DNA of 64,000 bases from an uncultured Pseudomonadota bacterium. Its GTDB lineage: Bacteria; Pseudomonadota; Alphaproteobacteria; JACZXZ01. The stretch's first letter is position 1. Each line of letters begins with the position of its first letter. Below are positions 9,898-19,856 of the stretch, piece by piece. The DNA is taken from contig CAWJFP010000034.1 of NCBI GenBank assembly GCA_963842155.1, forward strand, positions 5,514 to 69,513. Direction: 5' to 3'. The notes beneath the pieces are model-generated. The model did not search any database. It was not told the DNA's origin and was given only the letters and a program-made list of their open reading frames with translations. A program made the position numbers and the translations under genes.

Positions 9898-10183
9898 ATG
9901 GCCAGCAACGCGATCGGCATGATCGAGACCAAGGGTTACGTCGCCACGCTCGCGGCGGCCGACGCCATGGTGAAGGCGGCGAACGTGACCATCGTGAGCC
10001 GGGACGAGGTGGGCGACGGTCTCGTCGCCGTCACCATTGTCGGCGACGTTGGTGCCGTGAAGGCTGCCACCGAGGCGGGCGCCGGAGACGGCCGGGAGCG
10101 TCGGTCAGCTCATTTCAGTGCACGTCATTCCGCGCCCGCATCCGGAGCTGAGCAAGCACTTCAAGGCCAGCGGGAGCGAATGA
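9898..10183 (+). pseudogene. BMC-H hexamer shell protein with a 1-nt insertion near 10084 (extra G in gccGgag)
   Basis: MASNAIGMIETKGYVATLAAADAMVKAANVTIVSRDEVGDGLVAVTIVGDVGAVKAATEAGA is the canonical PF00936 sequence. The canonical C-terminus ETAGSVGQLISVHVIPRPHPELSKHFKASGSE* is in the +1 frame. RBS AGGAGAAAG precedes the ATG. Confidence 0.75.
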
Positions 10184-10847
10184 ACGTGGCGGCGTCGGCT
10201 GCGTCGCCTCCACCGAGCCCGGAGCTTCGGGTCTATCTGCTCGTCCGTGACCTGCAGCGTCGGTTCGCGGCCTACATGGCGACGCCCACCCGGCACACGG
10301 CTACCCGCCGTTCGAGGGCGATGACACGCGCTCATCGTCGAGGTCGCGCCCGGTCTCGCCATCGAACGGGTCACGGACCTGGCCCTTCGCGCCGTGCCAG
10401 AGCGTCGAGCCGGGAATCTTGTTCGTCGAAAGGCAATTCGGTGTGCTCGAGATCCACGGGTCGGTTCTCGCGGACGTGGAACACGCCGGACAGGCGATCC
10501 TGCGACGGCCTGCACCGGACGCGGCAGACCAGCTGCGGCCGCGCACGCTCTACTCCGACGTGATCGAGGACGTCACTGACCAGCACGCCGTCATCATCAA
10601 CAGGAACCGTCAAGCTCAGATGGTGCTGCCCGGCGAGACCCTGCTCGTCCACGAGGTGACGCCGGCGCTGTTCGCCGCCGTGGCAGCGAACGAGGCCGAG
10701 CGCGCCGCACCCGACGTCGCACTCGTGGACGTGTCGATGATCGGCGTAGCGGGTCGCATCTACTTGAGCGGGCAGACTCAGGACGTGCTTGTGGCCCAGG
10801 AGCAGATCGCGGCCGTGCTCGGCTCGGTGGAGGGACGAGAACACTGA
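10180..10847 (+). pseudogene. Second tandem-BMC-domain shell protein, paralog of 8454-9056, interrupted by two frameshifts (near 10330 and near 10415)
   Basis: Three frames together reproduce the paralog: ELRVYLLVRDLQRRFAAYMATPTRH..., then ALIVEVAPGLAIERVTDLALRAVPERRAG, then ILFVERQFGVLEIHGS...AAVAANEAERAAPDVALVDVSMIGVAGRIYLSGQTQDV. Confidence 0.55.
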
Positions 10848-10869
10848 GCCACGAAGAGTCTGCGCCGGT

Positions 10870-11900
10870 TCATGACCTGTCCGCGGAGGGCGACGTCCTC
10901 GAGCGGGTCGACATCGGTCGCCCGGCTCGCCGTCGGGCGCTTCGACATCCACCCTGACTCGACCGTCGAGTTGCTGAACGTCTCGGAGAATGCCACCTAC
11001 CGCGTCGAGGACCCTCGAGAGGGCCCGAAGGCCCTGCCGCGTTCACCGGCTCGGTTACCACACCCGAGAGGAGATCGCTTCTGAGCTCGCCTGGATGGAC
11101 GCGCTTCGGGCCGAGGCCGGGGTCCGGACCCCACGGGTCGTGGTCGCCTCCAACGGCGACAGAGTCGTCGCCTTGACCGACGCCAGTAGTGGCGAGGAGC
11201 GTTATTGCGTGATGTTCGAGTTTCTTCCTGGTGTCGAACCGCTCGAACAGGACGTCGGGAGCTTCGAGGCACTCGGCGAGCTGACCGCGCGCATGCACCT
11301 GCACTCTCGGGGCTGGAACCGCCCGAGCGGCTTTCGCCCGGTTCCACTGGCACTACGAAGCAGCCTTTGGCGCCGAGAGCGCGTTGGGGACGGTGGCAGA
11401 AGGGCGTCGCCGTGGGAACCGAGGAGCGCGAAGTGCTCGGTCGGCTCGACGAGACCCTGAAGCGGCGGCTTCGAGCCTACGGTGCCGGCCCCGAGCGTTA
11501 CGGCCTCGTGCATGCCGACACGCGCCTTGCGAACCTGCTTGTCGACGACGGGGCGGTCAGCGTCATCGACTTCGACGACTGTGGCTTCAGCTGGTACCTC
11601 TACGATCTCGGGACGACTGTGAGCTTCTTCGAGCACCGGCCGCAGGTACCCGAGCTGGTGGACAGCTGGCTGCGCGGTTACCGGAGGTTGGCGGAGGTAT
11701 CGCCCGAGGACGAAGCCGAGATCTGGACCTTCATCATGTTCCGGCGGCTCCTCCTCGTTGCCTGGATCGGCTCGCACAGCGCCGTCGAGATCGCACGCGA
11801 GCTCGGAGCGGGCTACACCCTCGACGAGCTGCGACCTCGCCGAGAGCTACTTGAGCCGGTTCGGCTGACGAGTCACCACCACGGGCCGGCAGGCCCGAGG
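10870..11900 (+). pseudogene. APH-family (aminoglycoside-phosphotransferase-fold) kinase, the expected amino-propanol kinase of an RMM locus, split over at least three frames. Exact start and stop unresolved
   Basis: Fragments across frames: LLNVSENATYRVEDP, then VHRLGYHTREEIASELAWMDALRAEAGVRTPRVV...LTARMHLHSRGWNRPSGF, then YGLVHADTRLANLLVDDGAVSVIDFDDCGFSWYLYDLG (the HxD...D catalytic and Mg-binding motifs). Confidence 0.65.
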
Positions 11901-11919
11901 CCGCAGCAAGGAGGCAAGT

Positions 11920-12718
11920 GTGTTCAAACCACTCGACGGACGAAGCGTCGTCGTGACCGGCGCGCACCCGCGGCATAGGGAAGGGAATCGCCCGGGTCTT
12001 CACGCGCGCCGGTACCCGGGTGCTCCTCGTCGGGCGAGACGAGCAGGCGGCCCGACGGCGCTGTGGAGGAGCTGTCGGTCGAGGGCGAGGTCTCCTACGT
12101 GCTGGCTGACGTCGCTCACCGTGCGGACTGTGAACGCATCGCCGCGACGGCGATCGAGCGTCACGGTGGCATCGACGTGCTCTGCGCGAACGCAGGGATC
12201 TTCCCCGCCCAGCGCCTGGCGGAGATGACCGAGGAAGGGATCGACGAGGTGCTCGGCACCAACCTGAAGGGCTGCATCCTGTCGGTGCAGGCATGCGTTC
12301 CGGCCCTCGCAGCGCTCCGGACACGGCCGGGTGATCCTCACGTCCTCGATCACCGGCCCGATCACCGGCTTCCCCGGCTGGGCGCACTACGGTGCCACCA
12401 AGGCCGGCCAGCTCGGGTTCATGCGAACGGCGGCGATCGAGCTCGCCAGGAGCGGCATCACGGTCAACGCCCTCATGCCGGGCAACGTCGTCAGCGAAGG
12501 CCTCGATCGAGCTCGGCGAGGCCTACGCGGCCTCGATGAAGGCGTCGATCCCGCTCGGAAGGCTCGGCACGGTCGACGAGGTCGGCTACACGGCGCTGTT
12601 CCTCGCCACCGACGAGGCCGCCTACATCACGGGACAGGCGATCGTCGTCGACGGCGGACAGGTGCTGCCCGAGTCGCTGGCAGCGCTCGGAGGTCTGAGC
12701 GCGTCGGAAGCGCCGTGA
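11920..12718 (+). pseudogene. Short-chain dehydrogenase/reductase, the expected aminoacetone / 1-amino-2-propanol dehydrogenase, with about four frameshifts. GTG start
   Basis: Pieces in three frames: MFKPLDGRSVVVTGA, then SYVLADVAHRADCERIAATAIERHGGIDVLCANAGI, then [50 protein letters not shown] (YxxxK), then [37 protein letters not shown]. Confidence 0.65.
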
Positions 12719-13500
12719 ACCTTCGGCGCGAGCGCCCGCCGAGGGTCACGCCGTGCTCTGCCTCGTGTCCCGGCATCGACGCGGGCGACCTGCGACCGGG
12801 CGAGCGGCTCGGGTCAGAGCGCGATCTCGCTGAGTCCCTCGGTGTGAGCCGGTCGACGTTGCGTCAGGCCCTCGGAGCGCTGAACGACGAGGGGGTCGTC
12901 CGGCGAGTCCCGGGCAGAGGCGGCGGCACCTTCGTCAGCCAGTCGAAGATCGAGCGGGACCTGTCCCGCATCGTCGGGCTGCCCACGATGCTGCGTTCGC
13001 AGGGCGTCACGGCAGGGACGAGGGTCGTCAAGGCCGGCCTGACGGCAGCCGACGAGGCGGTTGCCAAAGAGCTCGGCCTGCGGGTCGGTGCGCTCGTCGT
13101 GAGCCTCGTCAGGATCAGGCTGGCCGACGGGAGCCCCATCTCGGTCGAGCACGCCACGCTACCTGCGGACAGGTTCCCGGGCCTGCTCGAGCTCCCGCTC
13201 GGAGGGTCGGTGTACGAGCTGCTCGAGGACCACTACGGGACTCGGCCGGGCGAGGCCGTCGAGCGCATCGAAGTGGTTCCCGCGTCGTCTGAGGAGAGTG
13301 CGATTCTCGGCGTCGCGCCGGGAGTGCCGCTGCTTTCGATAACAAGGACCACAGTTGACGAAGACGGCAGCCCGATCGAATACTCACATGACCTCTTCCG
13401 GGCCGAGCGCACCCGTATCGTCGTGCGCAGCCCGGGCGGCTCGATCACCCGGGCAGGCCTGAACGCCGGGGCGGGTGGTCGAGCACAAGAGGACGAAAGG
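12716..13500 (+). CDS. GntR/HutC-family transcriptional regulator (HTH plus UTRA domain). No in-frame stop before the next gene, so the C-terminus is unresolved
   Basis: [50 protein letters not shown] (GntR HTH), then a UTRA-like region ending ...[18 protein letters not shown]. The frame runs on into the following ORF. Confidence 0.55.
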
Positions 13501-13521
13501 GACGAAACAGGAGGTGCACAG

Positions 13522-14943
13522 ATGACGTTCGATCGCCAAGGCGTGCCGCTGACTGGGACCGAAGAAGCCGTCGGCCATTTCGACGCCGCGGTCTCCGCGC
13601 TGTTGTACTTCCGCCCCGAAGTCGGGGTCGAGACGGCCCGAGCGCTCGAGGTCGAGCCCGACCTCCCGATGGGGCGCGCCCTCGGGGGATATCTCGGAGT
13701 GCTCGGGACAGAGCCGGACGATGTGGCGTCGGCACGCGAGAGCCTCGGTGCGTGGCTGGGCAATGTGGACCGGTCCGGCTTTCACGACCGGGAACTGCGC
13801 CACCTCGCGGCCGTGACGGCTTGGCTCGGGGGTGACATGCTCGGCTGTGGCCAGCTGCTGCAGGAGGTCTCGGATCTGTATCCCCGTGACGTCCTCGCAC
13901 TTGCCGTCGGTCATCAGATCGACTTCTTCACGGGGAACGCGACGAGCCTGCGAGACCGCGTCGCCGGCGTGCTCACGGCGTGGTCGCCCGAAGACGAGCA
14001 CTACTCGCTCGTGATGGGGATGTTCGCGTTCGGTCTCGAAGAGGCCGGTCACTACGACCGGAGCGAGGACGTCGGGCGGGAGGCGGTCGAACGCAACAGC
14101 GAAGGACGTCTGGGGGATCCATGCGGTCGTTCACACTTTCGAGATGCAGGGCCGTTTCGGCGAGGGACTCCGCTACTTCGACGAGCGTGTCGGCGACTGG
14201 TCGACGGGCAACTTCTTCAACGTCCACAATTGGTGGCACTACTGCATCTACTCGCTGGAGGCGGGACGTCCCGACGTCGCGATGCGCATCTTCGACAGCG
14301 TTCTGCACAAGGACGACTCAGATGGTCTCGTGATGGAGATGCTCGACGCGTCGTCGCTGCTGTGGCGGCTCTACCTCGACGGGGCAGACGAGTCGGCGAG
14401 GTGGGCCAGCCTCGCCGACGGTTGGGATCCGAAGATGAAGACGGCCCATTACGCCTTCAACGACATGCACGCCGTGATGACATACGTGGGTGCCGGCCAG
14501 AATCGACAAAGCAGACGCGCTGATCGCCGACCGCTGCGCCTATCTCGATTCTGCGCAAGGCATTGAGAGCAATTTCATGTTCACCCGCGAGGTCGGCATG
14601 CCGGTCTGCCGGGCGATCGTGTCATTCGGGAAGGGCCGCTATGGCGAGGTGATGGATCTGCTGCTCCCGATCCGAAAGCGGATCAATCTCTTCGGGGGCA
14701 GTCACGCGCAGCGCGACACGGTGCAACGCACCCTCGTCGAGGCGCGCCCTGCGCGCCCAGCGGAGCGGGGTCGCCCGTGTTCTGCTGAGCGAGCGGATCG
14801 GCTTGAAGCCGACAAGCCCTTACAACTGGCTTACCGAAGCCAGGCTTCTCGACCAGCTCGGAGCCTCCGCCGCGGCTGCCGCCGCCATCGAGCGGGCAAC
14901 CGAGCTGCGAGCCGGGGCGGACGCCCGCTTTGCCGCCGTCTAG
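13522..14943 (+). pseudogene. TTC38-like tetratricopeptide-repeat protein, four frames needed for a full reading (shifts near 14105, 14500 and 14740)
   Basis: ATG with a perfect [39 protein letters not shown]... continues as ...[41 protein letters not shown]..., then ...[32 protein letters not shown]..., then ...ALRAQRSGVARVLLSERIGLKPTSPYNWLTEARLLDQLG...ARFAAV*. Confidence 0.5.
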
Positions 14944-14992
14944 GTGCCAACTGACGACCGCGGCCGGGCTCGGCGTCAACGCCTGTGCAACC

Positions 14993-15724
14993 ATGAAGCC
15001 CGTGAGCGGAAGCGGGTCCGGGACCGAGCGCACTATCGAACCGGTGGAGCACGCTCCTGTCTACGGGCTCGTCGTCGAGCACATCAGACGGGCCATTCAC
15101 ATCGGGAGCTTCGTTGCAGGCGACAAGCTTCCGCCGGAACGGGAGCTCGCCAAGCAGCTCAACGTTTCGAGGACCACCGTCCGGGAAGCCATACGCGTGC
15201 TCGAGGGCGAGGGCTATCTGGAGACCCGTCGAGGAGCGACTGGCGGTGTGCTCGTGCTCGACCGCGGGCAGGCCGAAGAGCGTCTCGCCCCGCTTATCCG
15301 GGCCCGGCTCGGTGAGCTCGAGCAGATCATCGACTTTCGTTTGGCGGTCGAGTGCAGCGCCACGCGACTCGCAGCGATCCGCCGCAGCGATGAGGATCTC
15401 GAGCAGCTCCAAGGCGCGTATCGGACGATGGAACAAGGTTGGGAGACGCGGCGGTTCCGAGCTGCTGACTCCGCCTTCCATCTGGGGATCGCCGAAGCGG
15501 CCGGAAACGAGTGGATGCGGAAGGGGATCGAGAACGCACACGTTGCGATCTGGGTTCCGGTCGACGTCATTACCGACAACGTGTTCCGGACGGCCCAGCT
15601 GCACCATGCCCAGATCCTCTCTGCAATCCGCGATCGGGACACGGACGCGGCCGAACAAGCGGTCGCGGCACACATCGAGACGACCCGCGCCGACCTTTAC
15701 AAGATCGCCGCCGCGACCACCTGA
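14993..15724 (+). CDS. GntR/FadR-subfamily transcriptional regulator (HTH plus FCD domain)
   Basis: VYGLVVEHIRRAIHIGSFVAGDKLPPERELAKQLNVSRTTVREAIRVLEGEGYLETRRGATGGVLV, then an all-alpha FCD-like C-terminus. Confidence 0.7.
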   Translation: MKPVSGSGSGTERTIEPVEHAPVYGLVVEHIRRAIHIGSFVAGDKLPPERELAKQLNVSRTTVREAIRVLEGEGYLETRRGATGGVLVLDRGQAEERLAPLIRARLGELEQIIDFRLAVECSATRLAAIRRSDEDLEQLQGAYRTMEQGWETRRFRAADSAFHLGIAEAAGNEWMRKGIENAHVAIWVPVDVITDNVFRTAQLHHAQILSAIRDRDTDAAEQAVAAHIETTRADLYKIAAATT

Positions 15725-15832
15725 GCGTCGCTTGACAGTCGAGGCGATCGGTCCAAGAATCGGACCATCGGCACGGATCCGCAGGTCGAAGCCCTCCTGA
15801 ACGAGCTTGTTGCGGCGGCTCGGCCGTCGAGC

Positions 15833-16717
15833 ATGACACTTCCCCTTCTCGAGGGCCGCGAGAACTTCAGGGAACTTTTCGTCTCGATGGCGGAGCCGAA
15901 TGCCTGGGGGACCAGCGAGGACCGCACGATCCCGGGCCCGAGCGGCCCGATCCCGGTGCGCGTGTTCCGGGCTCCCGACTCCGCTGTCCGGCCTCTCGTC
16001 GCGTTCTTCCACGGCGGCGGTTGGGTATTCGGCGACCTCGACTCATATGACTCGATGTGCCGGAGCCTTGCACGCGGCGCCGAGGCGATCGTGGTCTCGG
16101 TCGACTACCGGCTCGCGCCCGAGCACCCGTTCCCTGCCGGGTTCGAGGACTGTTACTCCGTGACGCGCTGGCTGGCCTCGAATGGGCAGGAGATCGGAGG
16201 CGATCCGTCCCGTGTCGCGGTGGCCGGCGACAGCGCGGGTGGGAACCTCGCAGCTGCGGTGGCGCTGCGAGCCCGCGACTCCGGGGATGTCAGTCTCCGC
16301 TTTCAGCTGTTGATGTACCCGGCGCTCGACCCGCGTATGACCTCGCCGTCTTACAAGGAGCATGGAGATGACCCTTTTCTGTCCAAGGCCGAGATGGAGT
16401 GGTCCTGGCCCCGGTATCTGGGCGACGGCGGGGGCGAGCCCGACCCTTATGCAGCCCCGGCATACGCCCATGACCTGTCCGGGTTGGCTCCTGCCCTCGT
16501 CATCGTCGCGGGCCAGGATCCTCTCCGTGACGAGGGCCTGATCTACGCAAATCGGCTCGAGCAGGCCGGCGTTCCGGTCGAGCTCAGCCGTTATGACGAC
16601 ATGGTGCACGGATTCTTCTCTTTTACCCGGGCGCTCGCTGTCGCAAGACGCGGTCTCGAGGAGGCTGGCGAACGCCTCGGCCGATCCCTCGCCTCGGCCG
16701 ATCGCTCGTCTAATTGA
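15833..16717 (+). CDS. Alpha/beta hydrolase of the hormone-sensitive-lipase / esterase family
   Basis: HGGGWVFGD oxyanion motif, GDSAGGNL nucleophile elbow, C-terminal DxxH. Confidence 0.75.
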   Translation: MTLPLLEGRENFRELFVSMAEPNAWGTSEDRTIPGPSGPIPVRVFRAPDSAVRPLVAFFHGGGWVFGDLDSYDSMCRSLARGAEAIVVSVDYRLAPEHPFPAGFEDCYSVTRWLASNGQEIGGDPSRVAVAGDSAGGNLAAAVALRARDSGDVSLRFQLLMYPALDPRMTSPSYKEHGDDPFLSKAEMEWSWPRYLGDGGGEPDPYAAPAYAHDLSGLAPALVIVAGQDPLRDEGLIYANRLEQAGVPVELSRYDDMVHGFFSFTRALAVARRGLEEAGERLGRSLASADRSSN

Positions 16718-16744
16718 GTGCTCGCCGATGCGAAAGGTGAAGAC

Positions 16745-17524
16745 ATGACCGACGACGGCCGTCTGCACGGCAAGGTGGCGATAGTCACCGGAGCCGCTTC
16801 GGGGATCGGGCAGGCGATCGCGAACCGGTTTCTCGACGAAGGCGCGTTCGTCGTCGCGGCCGATCGTGACGAGGCGGGCCTGGCCAGGAGCAATCTCGCT
16901 GCCAACCCTCTGGCAAGAACCACGGTCGCCGAAGTGACCAACCCCGAGCACGCCGAGGCGACGGTCGCGTTCGCGACCGGCGAGTTCGGTTCGCTCGACA
17001 TCCTCGTCAACAGCGCCGGGATCGTCCGCTACTCGGAGCTGTTCGATCTCTCCCTCGAGGAGTGGGATGAGGTTCAGCGGGTGAACGTGACCGGGACCTT
17101 CCTCTTCAGCCAGGCGGCGGCTCGGGTGATGATCGCTCGTCCGTCGCCGGCCGGAGCCACCCGGAGCGTGATCAATCTCGCCTCCATCGAGGCGATCGCC
17201 GTGCTCGCGAGCTCCGGTCACCCGCAGGTCCACTACAACGCGTCCAAGGGTGCCGTGCGGATGCTGACCAAAGCGCTCGCGGTCGAGCTCGGCCGCCATG
17301 CGATTCGCGTGAACTCCATCTGCCCCGGGGTCACCGAGACGCCGTTGACGGCAGCCGGGCTGAGCGACCCTGCCCGGCGCGGGTGGTTCATCAACCAGAT
17401 ACCGCTGGGTCGCCTGGGCCGGCCCGAGGACATCGCCGGCGCCGCGTTGTTCCTCGCCTCGGACGACTCGGCCTGGGTGACCGGTGCTGACTTGGTCGTG
17501 GACGGCGGTTATCTCACTCAATAG
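16745..17524 (+). CDS. Short-chain dehydrogenase/reductase
   Basis: VAIVTGAASGIGQAI (TGxxxGxG), NASKGAV (YxxxK region), C-terminal GADLVVDGGY. Confidence 0.75.
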   Translation: MTDDGRLHGKVAIVTGAASGIGQAIANRFLDEGAFVVAADRDEAGLARSNLAANPLARTTVAEVTNPEHAEATVAFATGEFGSLDILVNSAGIVRYSELFDLSLEEWDEVQRVNVTGTFLFSQAAARVMIARPSPAGATRSVINLASIEAIAVLASSGHPQVHYNASKGAVRMLTKALAVELGRHAIRVNSICPGVTETPLTAAGLSDPARRGWFINQIPLGRLGRPEDIAGAALFLASDDSAWVTGADLVVDGGYLTQ

Positions 17525-17541
17525 GAAGGTGACCGAAAGCG

Positions 17542-18750
17542 ATGAGAACGGTCCCTGAGAACTTCGGTCATCACGGAGGCGACCTCGACACGATCTTCAG
17601 CGCCTACCGGGAGCTCCGCGCGACCTGCCCGGTCGGGAAGAGCCAGCGTTACGGGGGTTTCTGGTTCCTCACGAGGTACGAGGACATCTGGAGCGCGGAG
17701 CAGAATCCCGATGTTTTCTCCGTCGCGCAGGGCATGCTCCTGCCGTCGCTCGGCAACGAGCGGCCGTTGATACCGCTCGATATCGACCCCCCCGCACTCC
17801 AGCACTACCGCCGGATGCTGCTTCCCGCGTTTGCGCCCGCCCGGATCGCCCGGCTCGAGCCGTTCGTACACGGTGTGGCCGAGAGCCTGGCCGATGCCTT
17901 CGCCGCGGACGAGGTGTTCGATGCCAGCCTGTCCTACGCACGCATCTTGCCGATGATCGTGTTCGCCGAGATGGCCGGCCTGCCGAAAGAGGACTACGAC
18001 CGTTTCCAGAACTGGGTCGAGCGCATGCTCTACGGTCGCACCGAGGACCCGGCGGATGCCGTCGAAGCCGCAAAGGAGGTGGATGCCTACTTCCGGGATC
18101 TGAGGCGCAAGCGCCTCGATGAGCCCGAGCGAGACGATCTCCTCGGAAATCTTCTTGCCGGGCGCGTCGAAGGTCGGCCGCTCAGTGAGGATGAGTTCGC
18201 GGATTACTGTTTGTTGTTGCTGGTGGCGGGCTTGGAGACCTCGGCGTGGTCGATCCGCTCGGCCCTCTGGTATCTCGCGCAGCATCCCGAGGACCGGCGC
18301 CGGCTCGTGTCACAACCCGACCTGATGGTCGCGGCGACCGAGGAGTTCCTTCGTTGTCTCGCACCGGTCCAGGGAATGGCGAGAACCTTGACTCACGACG
18401 TGGCCCTGCGAGGCCAAGCCCTCCGTACCGGCGACAGGGTGCTGCTGCTGTTGGGCTCCGGCAACCGCGACGAGGAGGTTTTCACCGATGCTGACGAGGT
18501 GATAATCGACCGGGTCGACAATCCCCACCTCGCCTTCGGGATAGGGGCGCATCGATGCCTCGGTTCGAACCTCGGCCGCCGAGAGGTGCGGGTCGGCCTC
18601 GAGGTCCTGCTCCGGCGCGTCCCGCAGTTCGAGCTTGTCGACCCCGATGTGCCGTGGTGGGGCCTCGGGCCCCTGCCGCTGCGGCGGTGTGATGCGTCGC
18701 CAGCCTTACGGGCTACCGGGGCCTCGACTCGGCCGGCGCCTCGTGCCTAG
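17542..18750 (+). CDS. Cytochrome P450 monooxygenase
   Basis: 402 aa. FGIGAHRCLGSNLGRREV heme-thiolate loop, EEFLRCLAPV (ExxR) region. Confidence 0.85.
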   Translation: MRTVPENFGHHGGDLDTIFSAYRELRATCPVGKSQRYGGFWFLTRYEDIWSAEQNPDVFSVAQGMLLPSLGNERPLIPLDIDPPALQHYRRMLLPAFAPARIARLEPFVHGVAESLADAFAADEVFDASLSYARILPMIVFAEMAGLPKEDYDRFQNWVERMLYGRTEDPADAVEAAKEVDAYFRDLRRKRLDEPERDDLLGNLLAGRVEGRPLSEDEFADYCLLLLVAGLETSAWSIRSALWYLAQHPEDRRRLVSQPDLMVAATEEFLRCLAPVQGMARTLTHDVALRGQALRTGDRVLLLLGSGNRDEEVFTDADEVIIDRVDNPHLAFGIGAHRCLGSNLGRREVRVGLEVLLRRVPQFELVDPDVPWWGLGPLPLRRCDASPALRATGASTRPAPRA

Positions 18751-18761
18751 GGAGACCTGAG

Positions 18762-18956
18762 ATGAAGGTCACGGTCGATCCTGAGCGCTGCCAGGGCCAC
18801 AATCGTTGTCACGTGCTGGTGCCCGAGATCTTCGACGTCGACGAGCTCGGCTATGCCGTCGTCACGATCCCCGAGGTGCCCGAGCACCTTGTCTCCCGAG
18901 TTCTCGAGGCGGCGCGTAACTGCCCGGAGCGGGCGATCGCAACAGATCAGCCCTGA
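18762..18956 (+). CDS. Small ferredoxin, partner of the P450
   Basis: 64 aa. MKVTVDPERCQGHNRCHVLVPEIFDVDE...ARNCPERAI is a Fdx-type Cys pattern, immediately 3' of the CYP. Confidence 0.7.
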   Translation: MKVTVDPERCQGHNRCHVLVPEIFDVDELGYAVVTIPEVPEHLVSRVLEAARNCPERAIATDQP

Positions 18957-18962
18957 TTGGGG

Positions 18963-18996
18963 TGCGCCGGGCGGCCGGCGGGTGTTTCGAATTTCG
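18963..18996 (+). terminator. Candidate intrinsic terminator after the ferredoxin: CGCCGG-gcgg-CCGGCG followed by GTGTTTCGAATTTCG
   Basis: Perfect 6-bp GC stem with a tetraloop and a T-rich tail 9 nt after the stop. Confidence 0.35.
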
Positions 18997-19080
18997 CTCA
19001 AACTTGCCTCGGCAAAACATTGCAGTCGCAATATTTTCCAGAGGGTGCGTCACGAACACTGAAGGAGGAGTTCGTTTCAT

Positions 19081-19800
19081 GGCCCGGAGGTTCCCGGACT
19101 GCCCCTTCGAGCGCTACGCCGACGATGCTGTCGTGCACTGTGTGAACAGGCACCAGGCCGAAGAGGTGCTTTCGGCCATCGCCGAGCGGATGGGAGAGGT
19201 GGGCTTAAAGCTGCACCCGGACAAGACGCGGATCGTCTACTGCAAAGACGGTGCGCGCCGTGGGCACAACGAGCACACCTCGTTCACCTTCCTTGGTTAC
19301 ACCTTTCGGACACGGGAGGCGGTCAACCCCGGGAACGGGGTGCACTTCACCGGTTTCCTGCCTGCGATGAGCACCGAGGCGCTCAAGGCCAAAGGGGCAG
19401 AGCTGCGTGCCATGCGGATACACCGGCACACTGGCTCGTCCCTAGATGACCTCGCCCAATGGCTGAACCCCATAGTCAGGGGATGGATGACCTACTACGG
19501 CCGGTTCTACCGGTCGGCGATGGCTCCCCTCCTGCAGCGTGTCAATTCCTACCTGAGGCGCTGGGCCGGGAAGAAGTATCGGCGACTGCAGACCTACAGG
19601 AGCTTCAAGCGGTGGTGGACCGGACTGGTCGATCGACAGCCCGGTCTGTTCGCCCAGTGGCGCTGGGTCCGTGCGGTCTGACTTGCAGACCGATGAGAAG
19701 AGCCCGGTGACGGGAGACTGTCACGCCGGGATCTGTGGGAGCCGGGGGCTGAGATGCCCCCGGCCACCCGACCAAGTGCGGGCGCGGGCGTTTTTTTAAA
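19081..19800 (+). mobile_element. Group II intron 3' remnant: an N-terminally truncated intron-encoded protein (begins at the YADD motif, then thumb/X maturase domain, 19081-19681) plus a downstream domain-V-like hairpin GAGCCGGGGGC-tgagat-GCCCCCGGCC
   Basis: MARRFPDCPFERYADDAVVHC (RT domain 5 with YADD)...LNPIVRGWMTYYGRFYRSAMAPLLQRVNSYLRRWAGKKY (maturase X-domain signature). RT domains 0-4 are absent. A GC hairpin starting with G-AGC-C lies ~65 nt after the stop. Confidence 0.55.
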
Positions 19801-19856
19801 GTTGGCAACGGTGCTGGGGGCCATTCAACAGGGCCGCCGTAAACCACAAGCATCGC

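Noticed and set aside
19735-19768. Calling a definitive group II intron domain V and 3' splice site
   Set aside because: The hairpin has the G-AGC start and a GC-rich stem, but the lower stem and bulge do not fit the consensus cleanly by eye. It is kept only as supporting evidence for the intron-remnant call
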